A stretch of DNA of 9,629 bases, taken from positions 1 through 9,629 of the forward strand of contig VHBL01000008.1 of the NCBI GenBank assembly GCA_016871995.1, written 5' to 3'. Shown here piece by piece: positions 1 to 5,553 of the stretch. Both the position numbers and the translations under genes were made by a program. Every line of letters begins with the position of its first letter. Within the stretch, counting starts at the first letter, position 1. The notes beneath the pieces are model-generated. The model was not told the DNA's origin and did no database searches. It saw only the letters and a list, made by a program, of their open reading frames with translations. The DNA comes from Nitrososphaerota archaeon. Its GTDB lineage: Archaea > Thermoproteota > Nitrososphaeria > Nitrososphaerales > UBA57.

Positions 1-1304
1 GCCTTAGTATTGTTGTTTGCATCTAGATCTGTTATTGTTACCGTAATATCACTCGATATTGCTGCGCTTGAGGTGGATAGAGATATAGAGCCAATCTTCT
101 TAGAGACTGTTGAGGTTACGCCAAAGGTTGTTGTTGAAGATAACGCTGTAGATCCTTCGTCTTCGCTGAAGACAATTCTAACTAAGTCACCATCTTTTAC
201 AGCTCTGGGCAGAAATGTATTTGCGCGTACCAGGAATGTATTGTTCAGGGCGAAGCCCGTTGCATTCAATTCGAATGTGTTTGTATTTAGCCCAGTCTCA
301 GTGAACTTAAGCTGAACTCCTAAGTTGTCGCTACCAAATGTACCTGTAGTGTTCCTCTTTGCAATAGTGCCGCTGACGCCTGCAGTAGTGTTAGTGCTGG
401 TAATGACAAACCAGAGGCTTTTTTGGCCTCCTGCAAAGGAGGTGTTGCTAACTGAGAATGCATCAGCCCTTGTGGGGTCTCTGTTCTTGTCCATATCGGT
501 AATCACCGGTCTTAATATCGCAGATGCTGGTATTGAAGTTCTATCATTTGTAGCACTTCCAGTTGTATAGTCATAGGTAATTGCCTGCGTGACTTCAACG
601 GTTCCTCCAGCGGAGCCTGACGAGTCGGTATAAGTTATCGTTAGTGTATCCAGCCTAGTAAAGTTAAAGAGGTGAATTACACGTGATACTATCGTAGTCC
701 CGTTGATGTGCCATCTGCCTGCCATCAAAGTGCCAGGGTTCTCTATGTAGTTACTGCCTGCTACACGGCCTGTTGGCGTCATGAACCTGTTTACAATCAA
801 GACTGGTGCGTCTGTTGCATTAAGTTCGCGAATAGATAGAAACGAGCATCCTCCTCCACTGCAACTGGATCCAACCGCACCTGCTGCTGTGCGTATAACG
901 CTTCCGAGGGCTACATTAGTCTTCCCAGCATTTGTAGCACTTCCATTAAGGCCTGCTACATAATTATTAACAGCACTAAACTTTGCACATTCAGCATTAC
1001 ATGACATGTTAGCTACGTGCGAAATCCACGAACCGTCAGTGAGCTGATCAACAAGAAGTTTCTTCGCAGGACCTGGGTTACCACCAGTAGGTGTAATAGT
1101 TAGCTTTAGCGATGGTGCGGCTGAGGATGCCAAATTGTTATCAGAATCACTTATCTGGATTCTTAGTGTGCTGTTCCCGTACAGCTTAGAGTGAGATAGT
1201 AGCAATGTACCTGTCACTGCAGCTGAAGCCTTCGGAACGAAGGCAGGCGCAGCTATGAATACAGAACTAGTTACTAGTAGCACTATGAATGCTACTGCGT
1301 GCAT
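1..1304 (-). CDS. Secreted Asn/Ser/Thr-rich cell-surface (S-layer-like) glycoprotein, N-terminal 434 aa; the C-terminus lies beyond the left edge
   Basis: Hand translation of the reverse complement gives ATG at 1304-1302 and a frame open to position 1 (434 codons + 2 nt). It is missing from the track, presumably because it has no in-window stop. The N-terminus MHAVAFIVLLVTSSVFIAAPAFVPKASA/AVTG has a hydrophobic core followed by A-x-A, a signal-peptide pattern. I counted 12 N-x-S/T sequons. Composition is very Thr/Ser/Asn/Gly/Ala-rich, typical of beta-rich surface proteins. The plus-strand track ORFs 10-315, 325-570 and 781-963 are antisense shadows of this frame. The functional label is inferred. 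Confidence 0.75.
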   Translation of the reverse strand, partial: MHAVAFIVLLVTSSVFIAAPAFVPKASAAVTGTLLLSHSKLYGNSTLRIQISDSDNNLASSAAPSLKLTITPTGGNPGPAKKLLVDQLTDGSWISHVANMSCNAECAKFSAVNNYVAGLNGSATNAGKTNVALGSVIRTAAGAVGSSCSGGGCSFLSIRELNATDAPVLIVNRFMTPTGRVAGSNYIENPGTLMAGRWHINGTTIVSRVIHLFNFTRLDTLTITYTDSSGSAGGTVEVTQAITYDYTTGSATNDRTSIPASAILRPVITDMDKNRDPTRADAFSVSNTSFAGGQKSLWFVITSTNTTAGVSGTIAKRNTTGTFGSDNLGVQLKFTETGLNTNTFELNATGFALNNTFLVRANTFLPRAVKDGDLVRIVFSEDEGSTALSSTTTFGVTSTVSKKIGSISLSTSSAAISSDITVTITDLDANNNTK

Positions 1305-1350
1305 TTTTTCCGTCAGTTTTACTTTTCGATTATCCAATCTATGGACACAC

Positions 1351-1390
1351 CTATTAATTGTAGGAGCAGGTTTTAGAAATTAGTATATAA
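1351..1390 (-). promoter_or_regulatory. Candidate TATA-type promoter boxes for the surface-protein gene
   Basis: Read on the minus strand, TTATATAC is the complement of 1383-1390 and CAATTAATAG is the complement of 1351-1360. They lie ~80 and ~50 nt upstream of the ATG at 1304. Either could be an archaeal TATA box, giving a ~25-55 nt leader. No transcript data are available. Confidence 0.3.
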
Positions 1391-1791
1391 CTATTGTGGA
1401 CAAATCGTCCATTATTCGGATAAAATAGGACACAGTTTTTACTAACTGGTCAATACTTTTGAGCAAGCATGGACAAATCATGGGCAAAACCGCCCTTTAC
1501 CCTTCTTGGCTTATTTTCAAGGCTCATAATCAAAAATAACCCCGATTTGGGCAATCTTGAGGATGCTCCTAATATACTTTTAGCCGAGCTATCATGCCAA
1601 ATGAATCTTACAGACCAGCCAAGTGAGACTGTCTATCATCCTAACACTCAAGGTTAATTAGCAAATATACCCCTTTGTCGTGGCAGCAGAACTAGTTGGT
1701 TATCAATTGACCGTAGAAAACATAGTCGACCACCACATAGCTAATTGGCTTAGGAGATCCAAACAAGCAATACGTCATTATAGACGCGTGC

Positions 1792-2325
1792 ATGGGCTGG
1801 GGAAAGGTAGGGTACAAACTTAGAGGAGGCTACCCTGAACATAAATTGAAGATATACGGCTATGATGTTTATGAGCCTGCAATGAAGTTCGCAGCAGAAC
1901 TTGGTAATGCGTACTCCGAGATTAGGGCATTAGATCTGGGAAAGGTAGATTTCCCGCACTCTGATAAAGTCGCAGATGTAGGCATCTCACTTGGTGTGTT
2001 GGCTCATCTAACCAAGGAGGAAGGCTTCCATTTACTGAAAGAACTCGACAGAGTTTGCAAACATTTTATTGTGACAGCACCCACAGTTCTTTTTCAGCAT
2101 AGAAGCCATGGCAATGACCCAAATATAGAGCCTCTGCGGCACAAGTCCTTTTGGTCTGCACAGGACTTTATGCAGTCTCATATGCATGTTAGAGGATGGG
2201 GAATAAGGGATAGAACAGAGAAATCGACCTTTCTTGACACCTTTTTCTCACCGTGGACATATGCGCTCTCTGCGATTCATCCAAGACTCAGCTGGTTTAG
2301 CGGCGGCCTAGTCGCATGGAAATAG
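1792..2325 (+). CDS. Class I SAM-dependent methyltransferase-like protein, apparently N-terminally truncated or frameshifted
   Basis: Translating the same frame upstream of the ATG gives YVIIDAC-M-GWGKVG, a motif I (hh-D-x-G-x-G-x-G) pattern with the annotated Met inside it. Downstream are IYGYDV (acidic end of beta-2) and ADVGISLGVLAHLTKEE...LKELDRV (motif IV and following helix). This order is typical of Methyltransf_11/23/25-type enzymes. See the finding on the frame-3 N-terminal extension from GTG 1680. Confidence 0.7.
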   Translation: MGWGKVGYKLRGGYPEHKLKIYGYDVYEPAMKFAAELGNAYSEIRALDLGKVDFPHSDKVADVGISLGVLAHLTKEEGFHLLKELDRVCKHFIVTAPTVLFQHRSHGNDPNIEPLRHKSFWSAQDFMQSHMHVRGWGIRDRTEKSTFLDTFFSPWTYALSAIHPRLSWFSGGLVAWK

Positions 2326-2780
2326 TTCTAGTTAGCTAAAGCTATTAGTATCCTTTAAGCAGTTCTCCGTTTTGCAAGTCCTGTTAGTTAGGAAGGTTTG
2401 CAACAAGATCCTTAACATTACACAACTGCATGCTATACATGCAGGGAAATCACTGCATCTTATACGGCTGAACCTGCTGAAGTCGCTGGGGTTTGAAGGA
2501 AACTGCAAAAGGAAATATGAATCAGTCAGGGGCTTGGGGGACATCTGACCTGATTGGCGGTGAGACTCCATGGGGTAATATGGCTGTAGATAAGGAAACT
2601 GGAAAAAATCCATTCAATTCTTTTGGCTTGTGCCTAAGGAAGTTGGCAGAAGTGCTGATAAATTGGTTTTAGGCCACACGGATATTTTCTGATTTTTTGT
2701 TTGCTTGAATCGATTTTGTCAGCGACGAATTATACCAAATAGTTAAAATAGATAAGCCTACTTCGGAGGTGCGATAGCTT

Positions 2781-3065
2781 TTGAAAGGCGATCAGGCACT
2801 AGGTGCTGCGGTAATGGTTGGCAGCATTATTGCAGTAATTGTATACGCTTGGCTTCTATTCGTCGTTGCTCCTCAACTCCTCCTTCAACTCACCGCTTTT
2901 GTTGCTGTGGCAGGTGTCTTAGGTATTGTAGCTTGGATAGGATGGACCATGGCCACTACTCCTCCCCCACCGCCTATTGAATTGGAGCCAACTACAACAT
3001 CTTCTAAACAGGAACCTGAACGGACGGGGTCTGAAGGCAAGTCCAAGAAGAAGGCTTCAGGTTAA
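2781..3065 (+). CDS. Small membrane protein: two predicted TM helices plus a Pro/Thr/Ser-rich, Lys-rich tail
   Basis: A TTG start is preceded by GGAGGTG (2766-2772), a strong Shine-Dalgarno-like match 8 nt upstream. The protein has two hydrophobic stretches (VMVGSIIAVIVYAWLLFVVAP and LTAFVAVAGVLGIVAWIGW). These are followed by TTPPPPPIELEPTTTSSKQEPERTGSEGKSKKKASG. A T5 run follows the stop. I recognise no family. An alternative start is ATG 2812. Confidence 0.6.
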   Translation: MKGDQALGAAVMVGSIIAVIVYAWLLFVVAPQLLLQLTAFVAVAGVLGIVAWIGWTMATTPPPPPIELEPTTTSSKQEPERTGSEGKSKKKASG

Positions 3066-3070
3066 CAGCA

Positions 3071-3107
3071 TTTTTGGAACCTGTTTAAGGGTCAAAACTG
3101 ATGACCC
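3071..3107 (+). terminator. Oligo-T run plus short hairpin downstream of the small membrane protein gene
   Basis: TTTTT lies at 3071-3075, 6 nt after the stop. The hairpin is GGGTCA (3089-3094) / TGACCC (3102-3107) with a 7-nt loop. Oligo-T tracts act as archaeal termination signals. This is a positional argument only. Confidence 0.3.
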
Positions 3108-3241
3108 CGATTAGCTGCAATGGAGTTCTGATAACCATTCGAACAGAAAATTCAGGGATGAGTGAGATAGTTCCGTTTGGCTGATGCCGATAGGGTTCTT
3201 CAGCAAACAGATAAATGCATTAGTTGACCCTAAGAGATATT

Positions 3242-3418
3242 ATGGCATCTTCAGATGTTGATGCGAGCGAGTATGACCTAGGAACGACTTCAGTCAGACT
3301 TGTGAGAGTGGGGAATATTGTCCAAATTTTCTTCAGCAATAAATTAGAGGCCAAATTCTTCTATAATGATATTGCAACAAGGTTTAAAAGAGCTGAAGTG
3401 GAATTCAGGAGGAAGTAG
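3242..3418 (+). CDS. Hypothetical small protein (58 aa from ATG 3242; the track ORF starts at TTG 3224)
   Basis: The ORF reads MASSDVDASEYDLGTTSVRLVRVGNIVQIFFSNKLEAKFFYNDIATRFKRAEVEFRRK. The A/T box GATAAATG (~3207-3214) sits ~30 nt upstream of ATG 3242, consistent with a leaderless transcript. Composition looks protein-like (beta-strand then amphipathic helix). I recognise no family. Confidence 0.4.
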   Translation: MASSDVDASEYDLGTTSVRLVRVGNIVQIFFSNKLEAKFFYNDIATRFKRAEVEFRRK

Positions 3419-3422
3419 GCTT

Positions 3423-3548
3423 TTGGGTCTAAGTAAGAGGAAGAAACAAGAGATTCGGGCGCTTTCAGAAGCTTCTTACGAGGCACTCATGGATCTTGTA
3501 AAGTCCAAAAGCCGCTCAAAACAGATGCTAAAGGTTAATACACAATAG
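3423..3548 (+). CDS. Hypothetical very small basic helical protein (41 aa), possibly co-transcribed with the preceding ORF
   Basis: TTG at 3423 lies 4 nt after the upstream stop (TAG 3416-3418). The product is (M)GLSKRKKQEIRALSEASYEALMDLVKSKSRSKQMLKVNTQ. The 5' part of track ORF 3366-3548 overlaps the upstream gene out of frame and is probably not translated. Support is weak, resting on length and composition only. Confidence 0.25.
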   Translation: MGLSKRKKQEIRALSEASYEALMDLVKSKSRSKQMLKVNTQ

Positions 3549-3729
3549 AATACTAGCGTGCAAGAAAGATACTGATGAAAATCATTTGGCACAGAGATTG
3601 CATAATACTATTCTGTTAGCCATCGGCTCGCGAACCCCTTCTGCGTTTAGATTTCATTCAAAGCGCCAAAGAGTCAACAGCACCGCTATCTGTCTTTTCT
3701 AGTTGAAGCCTAGGCAAGGTGTGCATTGC

Positions 3730-4638
3730 TCAGGAAGGTTTTCTGATTTCTTCCTTCAGGATGATGGATATGGCATAGAGCATGACGCTAGTGAGGAGGA
3801 TAAGTGTACCTACGGTAAAGAAGAAGATCGCGCCCAATGCAAAGGGCACGCTGAAGTATCTGCTGGCATTGTAGAGATCTATAACTATGGTAGAGATGTA
3901 GAGACCTATGCCTAGTAAGGTCAGGCCAGGGAGCCCAAGTAGGAGGAGAGGTCTACCTAATACGATCTTTTGAAGGATGTATGAGACTACTGTGTAGCCA
4001 TGGTTGAAGGGGTTGTAAGTCGATGTGTCCCCTTCGTATCTGATCGTGATGGGAATCTCTATTACGCGTAGCCCCTTTTTAGTTGCGTCCAAAAGGATTT
4101 CGGAGTCGGTTTCGATGCCGTCGGCCTTCAATTCGATGATTTTCAATGCTTGTTTTGAATATGCCCTGAAGCCGCTCTGGGTATCACTTACCTTAGAGCC
4201 TGAGGCTTGCTTAAAAAGAGAGTTTATAATCCTGTGGCCTACCTTTCTATAATTGGGTGTGTTCTCGTCTGAGTTTAGGAAACGAGAGCCAATTACCACG
4301 TCAGCTACCCCTTTGACTATAGGTTCGACTAGTTTGGGGATTTCCTTTGCGTCATGCTGCCAATCCGCGTCTAGGGTGACTACTGCGTCAGGTTTTAGGC
4401 TTTTGCATACTTCAAATAGCGTTTTTAGAGCAGCTCCTTTGCCCATATTTTGAGGGTGTCTGAATACTTCGGCTCCTAGGTGTTGAGCTATTTCGGAGGT
4501 CATGTCTTTGGAGCCATCGTCGCATACTAGGATTTTGTCTACGTGTTTAGATGATTCGATGAGTACTTTCGCTATGGTGTGCTCTTCGTTGTAGGCTGGG
4601 ATGCAAGCTACTATCATCGAGTCACGGCTACGAGTCAT
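3730..4638 (-). CDS. GT2 (GT-A fold) polyprenyl/dolichyl-phosphate sugar synthase-type glycosyltransferase (GtrB/ArnC/DPM1-like) with two C-terminal TM helices
   Basis: The N-terminus IVACIPAYNEEHTIAKVL...ILVCDDGSKDMT and the catalytic DxD-type motif VVTLDADWQHD are present, as are IGSRF and DTQSGFRAYSK. The C-terminus has two hydrophobic helices (LLLLGLPGLTLLGIGLYISTIVI and FALGAIFFFTVGTLILLTSVMLYAISII). This architecture is characteristic of lipid-phosphate hexose synthases. The start may be ATG 4638 (AAGGA 5 nt upstream) or the internal ATG 4617. Confidence 0.9.
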   Translation of the reverse strand: MTRSRDSMIVACIPAYNEEHTIAKVLIESSKHVDKILVCDDGSKDMTSEIAQHLGAEVFRHPQNMGKGAALKTLFEVCKSLKPDAVVTLDADWQHDAKEIPKLVEPIVKGVADVVIGSRFLNSDENTPNYRKVGHRIINSLFKQASGSKVSDTQSGFRAYSKQALKIIELKADGIETDSEILLDATKKGLRVIEIPITIRYEGDTSTYNPFNHGYTVVSYILQKIVLGRPLLLLGLPGLTLLGIGLYISTIVIDLYNASRYFSVPFALGAIFFFTVGTLILLTSVMLYAISIILKEEIRKPS

Positions 4639-4643
4639 TTTTT

Positions 4644-4681
4644 CCTTAGACTAAATAACTGTCCTTAGACTAAATAACTGT
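4644..4681. repeat. Perfect tandem direct duplication, 2 x 19 bp (CCTTAGACTAAATAACTGT)
   Basis: Copy 1 (4644-4662) and copy 2 (4663-4681) are identical and directly abutting. They begin 6 nt upstream of the minus-strand GT2 start codon. On the minus strand each copy reads ACAGTTATTTAGTCTAAGG, which is a TATA-like TTATTTAG followed by a Shine-Dalgarno-like TAAGG. Confidence 0.95.
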
Positions 4682-4774
4682 TTAATATGGCCATTGTGCA
4701 TGACTCCTATTGGGCCGTTGGTGTTGCGACCGTTGTGCGTAACTTGCTGTAGGAAGCTTCAAATCATACAATAC

Positions 4775-4793
4775 GTCTTACAATACGTAAGAC
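4775..4793 (+). promoter_or_regulatory. Inverted repeat (candidate VapB operator) abutting the vapB start codon
   Basis: GTCTTAC (4775-4781) and GTAAGAC (4787-4793) are perfect reverse complements separated by 5 nt. The ATG follows at 4794. The palindrome is interleaved with a direct repeat ACAATACGT at 4768-4776 and 4780-4788. RHH antitoxins typically autoregulate through palindromic or repeated operators that overlap their promoter. Confidence 0.5.
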
Positions 4794-5012
4794 ATGCCTA
4801 CTATAAGCGTTAGAATCTCAAAGAAAGAAAAGGAAGAGTTACTCAAATATGGAATCCTTTCTACAGGTCTTAGGGAAGGTCTCAGGCTCTATCTTAACAC
4901 TCAAAAATCTCGGAAGTTACTACACAAATTAGAAGAGCTGCAGAGAAAAAACCAAGTTAGGACTACCGAGCTGGAGGAAGTTAAAATGATTAAGGAAGCT
5001 AGAAACCGTTGA
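4794..5012 (+). CDS. vapB: Ribbon-helix-helix (CopG/Arc-like) antitoxin, VapB-type
   Basis: The N-terminus MPTISVRISKKEKEELLKYG...LSTGLREGLRLYL fits a beta-strand/helix/helix RHH pattern, followed by a charged helical C-terminal tail. The 72-aa ORF overlaps the downstream PIN gene by 4 nt (its TGA at 5010-5012 overlaps TTG 5009-5011), which is classic type II TA organisation. Confidence 0.8.
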   Translation: MPTISVRISKKEKEELLKYGILSTGLREGLRLYLNTQKSRKLLHKLEELQRKNQVRTTELEEVKMIKEARNR

Positions 5013-5389
5013 TTGTTGCTGATAGCAGCTTTATCATAGAGGGACTTCTTAGAAAGAAAAGGTTGCTGGAGGAAGATACGATACTAACTCTCGATTTGGC
5101 CCTTTACGAAGTAACCAATTCGATCTGGAAACATCATTATATTCTTAAGGATTTGGAGGACGGTCTACCGTATCTATCAATATTCTTTGGGCTAATAGAT
5201 GCAGGGACAATCAGAATGGTGTCACCAACTGACGAAATTATGAAGCAATCTTATTTACTGGCTACAAGGAACAAACTATCCATCTACGATACAGCCTTTG
5301 TTTCTCTCGCGCTAAAGTCAGGGCTAGAACTAAAGACCTTCGATAAACAACAGAATAGCGTAATGCTACATGAATCAAGACGAAGCTAA
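5009..5389 (+). CDS. vapC: PIN-domain ribonuclease toxin, VapC-type
   Basis: (M)IVADSSFII carries the first conserved Asp. LYEVTNSIWK, SIYDTAFVSLA and KTFDKQ supply the remaining acidic residues in the expected order and spacing for a PIN fold. The protein is 126 aa and is translationally coupled to the RHH gene. Confidence 0.9.
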   Translation: MIVADSSFIIEGLLRKKRLLEEDTILTLDLALYEVTNSIWKHHYILKDLEDGLPYLSIFFGLIDAGTIRMVSPTDEIMKQSYLLATRNKLSIYDTAFVSLALKSGLELKTFDKQQNSVMLHESRRS

Positions 5390-5407
5390 GATACTAGAGC
5401 CAAGGTC

Positions 5408-5419
5408 TTCTTTTTGCTC
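5408..5419 (+). terminator. Oligo-T tract downstream of vapC
   Basis: The sequence CTTCTTTTTGCT includes T5 at 5413-5417 and begins ~20 nt after the vapC stop. It fits an archaeal-type oligo-T termination signal. No strong hairpin is present. Confidence 0.3.
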
Positions 5420-5516
5420 TATAGTATGCTAGATCATCTGCCTGACATCTCCCATTTCGTAAAGAACATTCTTGCCTTCCTGAGTAGCCATCTCAACATG
5501 GTCGGGACCTCAAGCG

Positions 5517-5530
5517 GAATAAATAACTAT
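5517..5530 (+). promoter_or_regulatory. TATA-like box upstream of the GT4 gene
   Basis: GAATAAATAACTAT is centred ~31 nt upstream of ATG 5554, appropriate for a TATA box giving a very short leader. The purine-rich AGCGGA immediately upstream is BRE-like. AGAGGA at 5541-5546 is an alternative Shine-Dalgarno-like element. The core TAAATAACT is identical to the core of the 19-bp tandem repeat at 4644-4681. Confidence 0.4.
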
Positions 5531-5553
5531 GGGTGAGCCAAGAGGATTTTTGA

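Noticed and set aside
10-963. Plus-strand track ORFs 10-315, 325-570 and 781-963
   Set aside because: They lie entirely inside, and antisense to, the long uninterrupted minus-strand frame that carries the signal peptide. Their products are low-complexity Val/Pro/Leu strings typical of shadow ORFs.
1469-1657. Plus-strand 62-aa ORF in the divergent intergenic region
   Set aside because: It has no recognisable motif, no well-placed A/T box or SD-like element, and unremarkable composition. It cannot be supported from sequence alone. The region is more plausibly regulatory DNA for the two flanking genes.
2487-2574. Four G4-G5 tracts suggesting a G-quadruplex
   Set aside because: The loops between tracts are ~30-38 nt, far beyond canonical quadruplex loop lengths.
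2332-2613. Minus-strand 93-aa ORF
   Set aside because: The product is Cys/Phe/Ser/Pro/Gln-rich with no hydrophobic-periodic or domain-like pattern and has no upstream signals. It is treated as a chance ORF within a non-coding gap; see the finding on 2326-2780.
3098-3184. Possible archaeal C/D-box sRNA, with CTGATGA at 3098-3104, CTGA at 3128-3131, GGATGAG near 3156-3162 and CTGA at 3181-3184
   Set aside because: The box spacings of ~23 and ~18 nt do not fit the canonical ~12-nt guide spacing. The C' box is degenerate and no terminal stem is evident. A second TGATGA at 3573-3578 has no downstream D box.
3366-3425. Programmed +1 frameshift or readthrough joining ORF 3224-3418 to ORF 3366-3548
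   Set aside because: No recognisable slippery or shift-prone motif is present at the overlap. A TTG at 3423, just after the stop, offers a simpler explanation of separate initiation.
3549-3729. A tRNA-like T-arm resemblance (GGGGTTCGCGAGCC on the minus strand) in the convergent intergenic region
   Set aside because: The flanking bases do not form a T-stem, and no acceptor, D or anticodon arms can be drawn. It is not a tRNA.
3703-4453. Plus-strand ORFs 3703-3915, 4025-4252 and 4253-4453
   Set aside because: They are antisense shadows of the strongly supported GT2 gene on the minus strand.
4689-4739. Three imperfect copies of G(G/A)CC(A/G)TTG(G)TG at 4689-4700, 4713-4723 and 4728-4739 in the GT2/vapB intergenic region
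   Set aside because: The copies are degenerate and the spacing is irregular (24 and 15 nt). This is too weak to distinguish from chance without comparative data.
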